Below are positions 26,477 to 35,194 of a DNA stretch of 64,000 nucleotides, piece after piece. This DNA is from an uncultured Alphaproteobacteria bacterium (lineage in GTDB: Bacteria > Pseudomonadota > Alphaproteobacteria > HIMB59 > GCA-002718135). The stretch is taken from the NCBI GenBank assembly GCA_902607435.1, contig CACLJX010000001.1:10899-74898 (forward strand), given 5' to 3'. How positions within the stretch are numbered: the first letter of the stretch is position 1; each line of letters starts with the position of its first letter. The notes under the pieces were generated by a model. That model saw nothing but the letters and a program-made list of their open reading frames with translations. It did not search any database and had not been told where the DNA came from. A program made the position numbers and the translations under genes.

Positions 26477-27412
26477 ATGAAAACTATTAAATATTTTTTA
26501 GTAAGTGTAATTTTCTTTTTAGCAATATCAACTTCTGTAAACGCAATTACAATAGGTTTTTCAGTTGCTAGATTTGATGATAATTTCCTAACAGTAATGA
26601 GAAACGACGCTGTTAGACGCGCTGAAGAAGCAGGTCATACTATGCAAGTTGATGATGCAAAGGATGATGTTACAACTCAGTTAAGTCAAGTGCAAAACTA
26701 TATAGCATCTGGTGTAGATGCAATTATTGTCAATGCAGTTGATACTGATACTACTCAAGCAATGACAAAAGCAGCTGAAGGCGCTGGTGTACCACTAGTA
26801 TATGTTAATAGACAACCTATTGATCTAGATGCTTTAGGCGCTACAACAACTTTTGTTGGCTCAAATGAAAAATGGTCTGGAACTCTAGAAGCATTTGAAA
26901 TGTGTGTTCAAGCTGGAGGAACAGGTACAGCAGTAATGCTAATGGGCCAATTAAGTAATGAAGCAGCTCGTTCACGTTCAGAAGATGTCAGAGAAGTACT
27001 TAAACTGTCAATGTGTAATGGCATTGATTTAATTGAAGAGCAAACTGGTAATTGGAGTAGGCTTGAAGCAAACGACATAATGACTAACTGGATTGCTGCT
27101 GGTTTAGAATTCAATATTGTTTTTGCTAATAATGATGAAATGGCAATTGGTGCAATCCAAGCTTTGAAATCAGCTGGAATTAGCATGGATGATGTTATTG
27201 TAGGTGGTGTTGATGCTACTGAAGATGCATTGAATGCAATGCTAGCTGGCGATCTTGATGTAACAGTGTTTCAAAATGCTGCTGCTCAAGGCGCAGGAGC
27301 TGTAGATGCTGCAGCTGCATTAGTTGATGGCGCATCACTTCCAAACTTTGTTGTTATTCCATTTGAATTAGTAACAATGGCCAATATTGATAATTATATT
27401 GGACAAAATTAA
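26477..27412 (+). CDS. periplasmic sugar-binding protein (ABC system 2)
   Basis: Signal peptide ...SVNA/IT. Type I binding-protein motifs (VDAIIVNAVD, LVYVNR, GGVDAT). SD GGGAGG upstream. Confidence 0.88.
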   Translation: MKTIKYFLVSVIFFLAISTSVNAITIGFSVARFDDNFLTVMRNDAVRRAEEAGHTMQVDDAKDDVTTQLSQVQNYIASGVDAIIVNAVDTDTTQAMTKAAEGAGVPLVYVNRQPIDLDALGATTTFVGSNEKWSGTLEAFEMCVQAGGTGTAVMLMGQLSNEAARSRSEDVREVLKLSMCNGIDLIEEQTGNWSRLEANDIMTNWIAAGLEFNIVFANNDEMAIGAIQALKSAGISMDDVIVGGVDATEDALNAMLAGDLDVTVFQNAAAQGAGAVDAAAALVDGASLPNFVVIPFELVTMANIDNYIGQN

Positions 27413-27431
27413 TTCTACTTAATCAATTTTT

Positions 27432-27467
27432 TGACCCCGCAGTAAAAATATATTGCGGGGTCATTTT
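27432..27467 (+). terminator. intrinsic terminator/attenuator after binding-protein gene 2
   Basis: Perfect 10-bp stem TGACCCCGCA (27432..27441) / TGCGGGGTCA (27454..27463), 12-nt loop, then TTTT. It ends 11 nt before the next ATG. Confidence 0.8.
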
Positions 27468-27478
27468 CAAAAACTAAA

Positions 27479-28264
27479 ATGAACAGTGAAGAAAAAAAAA
27501 TAATATTAAAAACAGAAGGTCTTACTAAGCATTATGGTGGTGTCAAAGCCTTACACGATGCTGATTTTACTCTTGCTGACGGAGAACATGTTGCAATCGT
27601 AGGAGATAATGGCGCAGGGAAATCAACATTTATTAGACAAGTAACAGGTGTAGAAATTCCTACATCAGGTAAAATTTATTTTGACGGTAATTTAGTTAAT
27701 TTTAAAACTCCAGCAGATGCAAAAAAAGCTGGAATAGAAGCGGTATATCAAAATTTAGCTTTAGCTGATGATTTAGATGTTCCTTCTAATATTTTTTTAG
27801 GCCAGGAAGAAACATATTTTAACCTTGGACCATTTAGTTTTTTAAATGAAAATAAAATGTTCAAACAATCTATTGATGTATTGGCTAAAACAGGAATTAA
27901 AATCCCTGATATAAAAATTACAATGAATAATATGTCGGGTGGACAAAGGCAGTGCGTTGCAATTAGTCGTTCTGCTGGTTTTGCATCAAAATTAATTATT
28001 ATGGATGAGCCAACAGCTGCTCTTGGTGTACAAGAAACAAAACAAGTAGAAAAAATTATTAGAAGTTTAAAGGAAAATGGAGTGCCTTTAATTATGATTA
28101 GTCATAATTTACGGCAAGTATTTAATTTAGTTGAAAAAATATGGGTATTTCGTCAAGGACAAATTGTCGGTTGTGTTGAAACTTCTAAAACAGATGGTAA
28201 TGAAATTGTTTCTCTCATTACAGGAGTAAAGCAAGGAGTTGGCGAAGAGGCGAGCTTTATATGA
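27479..28264 (+). CDS. sugar ABC transporter ATP-binding protein (single ABC domain)
   Basis: Walker A GDNGAGKST, MSGGQRQ, IIMDEPT. 261 aa. Confidence 0.9.
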   Translation: MNSEEKKIILKTEGLTKHYGGVKALHDADFTLADGEHVAIVGDNGAGKSTFIRQVTGVEIPTSGKIYFDGNLVNFKTPADAKKAGIEAVYQNLALADDLDVPSNIFLGQEETYFNLGPFSFLNENKMFKQSIDVLAKTGIKIPDIKITMNNMSGGQRQCVAISRSAGFASKLIIMDEPTAALGVQETKQVEKIIRSLKENGVPLIMISHNLRQVFNLVEKIWVFRQGQIVGCVETSKTDGNEIVSLITGVKQGVGEEASFI

Positions 28265-28286
28265 TTCATTCTGCAATTATTCTATA

Positions 28287-29306
28287 ATGATTCAAAAACA
28301 AAAAAATTTCATCTCAAGTTATAGAAAATTACCACCTGAATTTAACATTTTTTTAGTTTTATTAGGTATTGCTTTAGTGTTTGAAATTCTAGGATGGATT
28401 TTTATTGGACAAAGTTTTTTACTTAATAAACGAAGGCTCGTCATTATGATCCTACAGGTATCTGTAATTGGAATAATTGCAGTTGGGGTGACACAAGTAA
28501 TTATTATGGCAGGAATTGATTTATCAGGGGGATCTCTTGTTGCCTTATCTGCAATAGTAGCAGCAAGTTTGGCACAAAATTCTACATATACAAAAGCAAT
28601 CTATCCTCATCTAACGGATCTTCCTTTTATTGTACCGGTTTTGGCAGGAATAGCTTGCGGATTATTTGCTGGTTTTATTAGTGGAAGTCTCATCGCCCGG
28701 ACAGGAATTCCTCCCTTTATAGCTACACTGGGTATGCTTGTTTCTGCTAGAGGAGCAGCAGCATGGTATAATAATGGCAAACCTGTAAGTTTTTTAGGGG
28801 ATGACTTTACTGCATTAGGTCAAGGAGCTTGGCCAGTTCTTATCTTTTTAGTTGTTGCAGCAGTTTTTCATATTTTAATGCGATATACTCGATATGGTAA
28901 GCATACCTATGCCATAGGTTCAAATGAAGAAGCCGCCCGTGTAGCTGGTATTAATATTGTCAGACATAAAATTATTGTTTACTCGATTGCTGGAGCTTTA
29001 TCTGGTTTAGCAGGAGTAGTAACAGCCGCAAGGGCTATGTCAGCACAAGCTGGTATGGGGATGATGTATGAGTTAGATGCAATTTCAGCTGCAGTTATAG
29101 GAGGCACATCACTATTTGGAGGAAGAGGAAGGATCGCAGGAACTTTATTTGGAGTTTTAATATTGGGAGTGATATCTTCTGGATTTGTTTTTATGAGAAT
29201 TGATGCTTATTATCAAGACATGGTCAAAGGTGCGATTATTGTTGGAGCAGTTATTGTTGATCATTATCGTAATAAAAAAATGAGAAATAAAGATAAAGAT
29301 ACTTAA
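28287..29306 (+). CDS. sugar ABC transporter permease (ribose/CUT2-like)
   Basis: MAGIDLSGGS and GGTSLFGGRGRI motifs. The ORF-track start at 28239 is a TTG overlapping the ATPase; the first ATG is at 28287. Confidence 0.85.
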   Translation: MIQKQKNFISSYRKLPPEFNIFLVLLGIALVFEILGWIFIGQSFLLNKRRLVIMILQVSVIGIIAVGVTQVIIMAGIDLSGGSLVALSAIVAASLAQNSTYTKAIYPHLTDLPFIVPVLAGIACGLFAGFISGSLIARTGIPPFIATLGMLVSARGAAAWYNNGKPVSFLGDDFTALGQGAWPVLIFLVVAAVFHILMRYTRYGKHTYAIGSNEEAARVAGINIVRHKIIVYSIAGALSGLAGVVTAARAMSAQAGMGMMYELDAISAAVIGGTSLFGGRGRIAGTLFGVLILGVISSGFVFMRIDAYYQDMVKGAIIVGAVIVDHYRNKKMRNKDKDT

Positions 29307-29350
29307 TTAATAAAATTAATTAATTTTGTAATGACCATTCCTAAAAAAAT

Positions 29351-30346
29351 ATGAAAGTTAATTTAAATAAATGGTATTTATGTGATTTAGATAAAGAAAG
29401 ATATGTTCAACTTAAAGAAAAGTCTGATTGGGCAGGTTTTCAACATGTAGGTTTATTCTTTATTAGTTTATTTTTTTTTGGTTATCTTTCTTATTTTTTT
29501 TGGGGAACATGGTTGGGGATAATATTTTTATTAATATATGGAAATATTTATTCTTGTAGCAATCCTATTTGGCATGAAACAGGTCATAGAACTGCTTTTA
29601 AAACAGATTTATATAATAAGATTTTTTATCAAATAGGAAGTTTCATGACAAATTTTGATCCTACAAGATGGCGATGGAGTCATTTTAACCATCATAGTCA
29701 TACACTATTTACAAAAGATCCGTATGATTTTGAAATTGAAATTAGAAAACCTACAGACCTTCTTTTTTTTGCAAGCAGAATCATACCTTGCGGTAGATTT
29801 TTATATATTCATAAATTGCCTCATTTGGAAACTTTACAACATGCTTTAGGTATTACAACTCATGTTATGAAAGATTGTATTCCAAAAAAACAGCAAAATA
29901 AATGCAGGTTAATTGCTCGTATTCATGTTTTAATTTGGATTTTAATCTTTACAGTTGCGATCATTTATCAATCCTGGCTCCCTATAATATATATTATACT
30001 GCCTACATTTTACGGTAACACTCTTTTTGAATTATTTGGTTTAACACAACACGCTGGATTATCAAATAATATTAAAGATCATCGTATTAGTACAAGAACA
30101 GTTATTTTAAATCCTATATTTAGTTTTTTATATTGGCATATGGAGTATCATATTGAGCATCACATGTTTCCTATGATACCATCATATAATTTAAAAAAAT
30201 TACATCACTTAATTAAAGACGATCTTCCTATTCCAAAAAAAAATTTATGGAATGCATACAAAGAAATTATTCCTGCTGTTATTAAACAAACGAAAGATCC
30301 CAATTATAAAATAAATGTAATTCTTCCTGCGCCTAAAATAAATTAA
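29351..30346 (+). CDS. membrane di-iron fatty-acid-desaturase-family oxygenase (MocD / rhizopine-oxygenase-like)
   Basis: Three His boxes: HETGH, HFNHH, HIEHH. The C-terminal HIEHHMFPMIPSYNL resembles the MocD-like subgroup as I recall it. N-terminal TM hairpins. Confidence 0.7.
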   Translation: MKVNLNKWYLCDLDKERYVQLKEKSDWAGFQHVGLFFISLFFFGYLSYFFWGTWLGIIFLLIYGNIYSCSNPIWHETGHRTAFKTDLYNKIFYQIGSFMTNFDPTRWRWSHFNHHSHTLFTKDPYDFEIEIRKPTDLLFFASRIIPCGRFLYIHKLPHLETLQHALGITTHVMKDCIPKKQQNKCRLIARIHVLIWILIFTVAIIYQSWLPIIYIILPTFYGNTLFELFGLTQHAGLSNNIKDHRISTRTVILNPIFSFLYWHMEYHIEHHMFPMIPSYNLKKLHHLIKDDLPIPKKNLWNAYKEIIPAVIKQTKDPNYKINVILPAPKIN

Positions 30347-30357
30347 ATTTAAAATTT

Positions 30358-31179
30358 TTAATTAATAGAGCAAGTTTTTTTTAAATAATTTATACTTTTA
30401 ATTATTTTGTTTGATGGATTTTTCATATTCTGAATTTTTTTTGCAAAAGGTTCAAAGGAAAATACTCCTTCATATCCTTTTTTAATTAAGTTTTTTAATT
30501 GATCAACATTCTTCAAAACATCATTTTCATCAATTAATACTCTATGTTTATCAAGCATTTCTGAGGTTTTTAATTTATTATTAGATACTCCAGAAATATG
30601 AACCAAACCTGTTTGTTTAGGAAATATCTTATTTTCTCCTGCTAGGTAATGATGAAAAGTATCATGTAAGATTTTTAAAGTATTTTTTGGCGAAATTTGA
30701 TCTATAGCTTCTGCTACTTCACTTTTAAAACGAAGTGATGATGTTTTAAAGCCTAATGGTTCGACATAACCCATTAAACTATAATTATTTAAAATTGACT
30801 TAATTTTTTTTAGAGAATTATATAATAATTTTTGGCGTTCTTTATGGTTTATAAATTTACCATTATTTAAAGGGACAAGTACAATTCCTTTGCAATTACA
30901 TTTTTTTGCAAATTCACATAGAAATATAAGTTCTTTCCTCCTTTTATCATTCCATAGATTGAATTTTTGTAATGCATTAATGGAGAGTATCTTAATTTTT
31001 AATTCTTTGGATAATTCTTTTATCATATTTGGTTCCATAGCCTTAAGAGAAACATTAGGTAAATCATTTCGTATTTCAATATTTTGAATATTCATATTAT
31101 TTGATAATGCAAAAAAATCTTTTAATATTAAATTTGGTGACAATATGTGATTTAAAGCAAAATGATTATTTATACTCAT
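30358..31179 (-). CDS. xylose-isomerase-like TIM-barrel protein (IolI / MocC-like sugar isomerase/epimerase)
   Basis: 273 aa. The pattern of conserved E/H/D (YVEPLG, HDTFHH, HISG, FEPF) is typical of AP-endonuclease-2/xylose-isomerase-like TIM barrels. Confidence 0.65.
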   Translation of the reverse strand: MSINNHFALNHILSPNLILKDFFALSNNMNIQNIEIRNDLPNVSLKAMEPNMIKELSKELKIKILSINALQKFNLWNDKRRKELIFLCEFAKKCNCKGIVLVPLNNGKFINHKERQKLLYNSLKKIKSILNNYSLMGYVEPLGFKTSSLRFKSEVAEAIDQISPKNTLKILHDTFHHYLAGENKIFPKQTGLVHISGVSNNKLKTSEMLDKHRVLIDENDVLKNVDQLKNLIKKGYEGVFSFEPFAKKIQNMKNPSNKIIKSINYLKKTCSIN

Positions 31180-31296
31180 TTTTTTACCATATAATTATTA
31201 ATTTTTATTTCAACATATAATATTGTAAGGTAATTTGATGAGAAAAATTTTCAAACATTTAAAAACTTCTTTATAATAAAATAATTTTTTTATATT

Positions 31297-32442
31297 ATGT
31301 TAAAAATTGGTTTAATTGGGTGTGGACACATTGCTGAAACTTATTTTAGAAGTCAGAAATATTTTAACAACATAGAAATCATATCGTGTGCAGATATAAA
31401 CGCTGAAGCTGCAAAAAAATGTGCACAAGAATATAATATTGAATCCAAAGACGTTGATGGTCTTTTAGCAGACAAGGAAATTAGTATTGTGTTAAATTTA
31501 ACAACTCCTCAAGCTCACTATGAAATAATTAAGAAAACATTACTTGCTGGAAAACACTCTTATTGTGAAAAACCACTATCAACAAATTATGAACACGGTG
31601 CTGAATTGCTACAATTAGCAAATGATAACAACTTATATATTGGTAATGCTCCCGATACATTTTTAGGAGGAGGAGCTCAATTAGCTCGTCAATTAATTGA
31701 TCAAGACAAAATAGGGGATATTAAGCTAGGAGCTATCAATTTTGCATTTCCTGGAGTGCAATCTTTTCACCCTGAACCGGAATCTTGGTTTAAGAAAGGA
31801 GGAGGTCCTGTAATTGATATGGGGCCCTATTATTTTACTGCATTAGTCAATCTTCTTGGTCCAGCAAAATGCGTTCGTGCGAAAGCAATAAAAGTCAATG
31901 ATTACAGAACTATTGCCACGGGACCAAAAAAGGGTGATAAATTTGAAGTTGAGATCCCCACTTCGATAATAGGATCAATAGAATTTAAAAATTCGGCCGT
32001 GATACAATTTTTTTTATCATTTGATGTTATTAATCATCAAAGAAATCACATTGAGCTTTATGGAACTAAAGGATCAATGATAGTGCCGGATCCAAATATG
32101 TTTGGAGGATCTGTTTTTTCGTCTTATACAGAACGTGGTGAGTGGAAAGAATACTCTTCCTCAAATATGTTGATTGGTAAAACGAATATTTTTAACAAAA
32201 GCGTGAGGTCCAATGAACAACCAGAAGTTGCTAATTATCGGGGTGTTGGATTATCTGAAATGATTGATGCTATAGAAAATAATAGAACCAATAGATGTAA
32301 CGGAAAACTTTCTCTACATGTTTTAGATATGATTGATTCAACAATTAATGCCGCCATCAATGGCGTTGAACAAAATTTAAGAACAAGTTGTGAAAGACCA
32401 TTGGTCTTTTCTGAAAATGAAATTAAACAATTAATGAAGTGA
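31297..32442 (+). CDS. Gfo/Idh/MocA-family NAD(P)-dependent oxidoreductase
   Basis: N-terminal Rossmann motif IGLIGCGHIA and the CEKP motif. 381 aa. Confidence 0.85.
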   Translation: MLKIGLIGCGHIAETYFRSQKYFNNIEIISCADINAEAAKKCAQEYNIESKDVDGLLADKEISIVLNLTTPQAHYEIIKKTLLAGKHSYCEKPLSTNYEHGAELLQLANDNNLYIGNAPDTFLGGGAQLARQLIDQDKIGDIKLGAINFAFPGVQSFHPEPESWFKKGGGPVIDMGPYYFTALVNLLGPAKCVRAKAIKVNDYRTIATGPKKGDKFEVEIPTSIIGSIEFKNSAVIQFFLSFDVINHQRNHIELYGTKGSMIVPDPNMFGGSVFSSYTERGEWKEYSSSNMLIGKTNIFNKSVRSNEQPEVANYRGVGLSEMIDAIENNRTNRCNGKLSLHVLDMIDSTINAAINGVEQNLRTSCERPLVFSENEIKQLMK

Positions 32443-33698
32443 TGCAATCCTTTAACTCAGTTCAAATTGAAAAAAATATAATAAAACAAAAAGTAAAATT
32501 AAAGCAGTTATCTCATAATTATAAAATAAACTTTGAAAATATAGAAAAAAAAATTTTGATTGATGTTGAAGAAGTCGAAAAATTAAAAATACAAAATAAA
32601 AAAATTATTCCAGAGATTGATTATAAAAATATAAAATATCAATTAATTAATAACGAAATTGTTGATCTTGTAAAAAAGAGAGGCTGTGTTGTAATACGTA
32701 ATGTATTCGAAAAAGAAAAAGTTATTAAATGGAATCGTGAAATTGAGCAATATATTGATGAAAATAATTATTATGAAGATCAAAAAGAAAAAGCAGGCTT
32801 GGATCAATATTTTAGTGATCTTCAGTCGGGGAAACCGCAAATTTTTGGATTGTACTGGTCTAAACCACAAATAGAAGCAAGAGAGTCAGAGAGTATGGCT
32901 ATTGTTAAATCTTGGCTAAACAACTTGTGGAAATATGAATTTAACAATATAAAAATTTTTGATCCAAATAAAGAGCTAGTATATGCGGATCGTATCCGGC
33001 GGCGTGAAGGGGGAGATGCTTCGCTAGGACTATCTCCACACTGTGATGCTGGATCAGTAGAGCGATGGATTGATAGTGCTTATCAAAAAATTTATGAACC
33101 AATTTTCTCTGATAAGTTAATGGATTATAATCCTTTTAATGCACAATTTAGGGATCAAACAGAAGAAATATCTTCGGCAGCTGTTAGCCATGTATTTCGA
33201 ACTTTTCAAGGGTGGTTAGCACTTACAGAACAAGGTCCCTCTGACGGCACTTTACAATTAATTCCAATTATCAAATCCATGGCTTACATTTTAACACGAG
33301 CCCTTCTTGATGATGTGCCTAATAATTCTTTATGTGGTTCTATGCCCGCCAGGGCTCTTTCTGTTAACTCTAAATACCATTCTGTTTTACTAAGAGCATT
33401 GATATCTATACCTAAAGTATATCCTGGTGATACAGTTTGGTGGCATCCTGATGTTGTTCACGCAGTAGAAGATAAACATCATGGCAAAAATTATAGTAAT
33501 GTAATTTATGTTGGTTCAACTCCTTATTGTCAAAAAAATTTTGATTACGCAAAAAAACAATCAGCAAAATTTTTAGAAGGGAAAAGTCCTCCTGATTTTG
33601 CGGCAGAAGATTATGAAGTGAATTATACTGGGAGAGCGACTATTAATGATTTAACCGCATTGGGTAAAAAACAAATGGCACTAGAGAGTTGGGATTAA
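32439..33698 (+). CDS. DUF1479 (YbiU-like) protein, putative Fe(II)-dependent oxygenase
   Basis: 419 aa, similar in length and layout to E. coli YbiU. Candidate facial triad SPHCDAG ... WWHPDVVHAVE. The start overlaps the upstream stop (GTGATG). Confidence 0.6.
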   Translation: MMQSFNSVQIEKNIIKQKVKLKQLSHNYKINFENIEKKILIDVEEVEKLKIQNKKIIPEIDYKNIKYQLINNEIVDLVKKRGCVVIRNVFEKEKVIKWNREIEQYIDENNYYEDQKEKAGLDQYFSDLQSGKPQIFGLYWSKPQIEARESESMAIVKSWLNNLWKYEFNNIKIFDPNKELVYADRIRRREGGDASLGLSPHCDAGSVERWIDSAYQKIYEPIFSDKLMDYNPFNAQFRDQTEEISSAAVSHVFRTFQGWLALTEQGPSDGTLQLIPIIKSMAYILTRALLDDVPNNSLCGSMPARALSVNSKYHSVLLRALISIPKVYPGDTVWWHPDVVHAVEDKHHGKNYSNVIYVGSTPYCQKNFDYAKKQSAKFLEGKSPPDFAAEDYEVNYTGRATINDLTALGKKQMALESWD

Positions 33699-33699
33699 A

Positions 33700-34125
33700 T
33701 TACCAAGTTCCAATATTTTCCATTGATTGCCAAGGCTCTGCGATAGGCAGTGCTCTCCCTTCTTGAAGTAGTTCAATAGATATTCCATCAGGTGATTTTA
33801 TAAATGCCATATGTCCATCACGTGGAGGACGGTTAATTGTAACACCTTTTTTCATTAAATTATCACAAGTTTCATAAATATTTTTAACGCTGTAAGCTAA
33901 ATGACCAAAATTTCTTCCACCTGTGTATTTTTCAGGATCCCAATTATAGGTTAGCTCTAATAAAGCATGACGTTCATCACTATTTTCAGCACCAAGAAAG
34001 ATAAGAGTAAATTTCCCCTTTTCATTTTCTATTCTTCTTGTCTCCTTAAGACCAAGTTTGTTACAATAAAAATCCAGAGAATCCTCGATGTTTTCAACTC
34101 TAACCATTGTATGTAAGTATTTCAT
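33700..34125 (-). CDS. gloA: lactoylglutathione lyase (glyoxalase I)
   Basis: [20 protein letters not shown]...LELTYNW...GHLAY...[10 protein letters not shown] is colinear with E. coli GloA. Confidence 0.88.
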   Translation of the reverse strand: MKYLHTMVRVENIEDSLDFYCNKLGLKETRRIENEKGKFTLIFLGAENSDERHALLELTYNWDPEKYTGGRNFGHLAYSVKNIYETCDNLMKKGVTINRPPRDGHMAFIKSPDGISIELLQEGRALPIAEPWQSMENIGTW

Positions 34126-34194
34126 AAGCTTTAATATCCTTTTACAAAAATTATCATTTTTAATTTAAAATTAATAGTTATAAATTTACTTAAT

Positions 34195-35193
34195 ATGAAA
34201 AGTTTAGATGCAATACTTGACAATATTCAACAAAATAACTTCCTTATTATAGGAAGGGCTGGAATTGATATTTATCCAGATCCTCCAGGAACTAAAACAG
34301 AAAATGCCAAAAAGTTTGTAACTCACTTAGGGGGATCATCGGCAAACATTGCTGTTGCTTTAACTAAGCTTGGTGGCAAATGTCATTTACTGACCTGCGT
34401 ATCTGAAGATGCACTAGGAAGATTAGCTGTGAATCAACTTAATCACTATGGTGTTGATACTTCTTTAATTAGATATGTGAAAGGTGAGTCTAGAATTTCT
34501 TTTGCCGTAGTTGAAACAACAATTAAAGAACATCAATCTATCATTTATCGTAATAGTGCTGCAGATTTAGAAATGAGTAAAGAAGATGTTAATCAAATTA
34601 ATTATAAAAAATTTTCTTCCATTATAGTTACAGGTACTTCCTTAGCAGCAGAGCCTTCTCGATCAGCTACATTAGAAGTTTTAAATAAAGCAAAAAAAAA
34701 TAATCTATCTATTATTTTGGACATTGATTATCGCCCTTATACATGGAGCTCTTTGCAAGAAGCATCCAGAACCTATCTTAAAGCTGCAGAAGTTAGTGAT
34801 ATCATAATTGGGAATGATGATGAATTTGGTGTAATGGCAGAGGATTATAATGAAGGAATAAAATTAGCTGCAAAATTAAGTAAATCTACTGCTTCAATTG
34901 TAATTTATAAAATGGGAGAAAATGGATCAATTACTTTTACGGAAAATAAAAAAATTAAGACTGGAATATTTCAAGTCCATGCATTAAAGCCAACAGGGGC
35001 TGGTGATGCGTTTATGGGTGTTTTTATTTCATCGCTTTTAAATAAAAAATCAATTAAAGATTCAGTTGTTTATGGATCAGCAGCAGCAGCAATTGTAGTA
35101 ACAAAAGTTGGTTGTTCGCCAGCTATGCCTGATAAGGAAGAATTAGAATTATTTCTAAAAGAAAATATGATAACAAACTTTAAAGAAAGTTAA
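34195..35193 (+). CDS. iolC: 5-dehydro-2-deoxygluconokinase (PfkB family)
   Basis: PfkB motifs GGSSANIAV and TGAGDAF. Operon context with iolB. Confidence 0.8.
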   Translation: MKSLDAILDNIQQNNFLIIGRAGIDIYPDPPGTKTENAKKFVTHLGGSSANIAVALTKLGGKCHLLTCVSEDALGRLAVNQLNHYGVDTSLIRYVKGESRISFAVVETTIKEHQSIIYRNSAADLEMSKEDVNQINYKKFSSIIVTGTSLAAEPSRSATLEVLNKAKKNNLSIILDIDYRPYTWSSLQEASRTYLKAAEVSDIIIGNDDEFGVMAEDYNEGIKLAAKLSKSTASIVIYKMGENGSITFTENKKIKTGIFQVHALKPTGAGDAFMGVFISSLLNKKSIKDSVVYGSAAAAIVVTKVGCSPAMPDKEELELFLKENMITNFKES

Positions 35194-35194
35194 A

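Noticed and set aside
28239-28286. The ORF-track start of permease 2 at 28239 gives a 26-nt overlap with the ATPase gene and an odd N-terminus (MAKRRALYDSFCNYSI).
   Set aside because: Codon 28239 is a TTG. The first ATG (28287) gives an N-terminus (MIQKQKNFISSYRK...) followed directly by the first TM segment, which matches permease 1 better. I annotated 28287 as the start, with moderate confidence.
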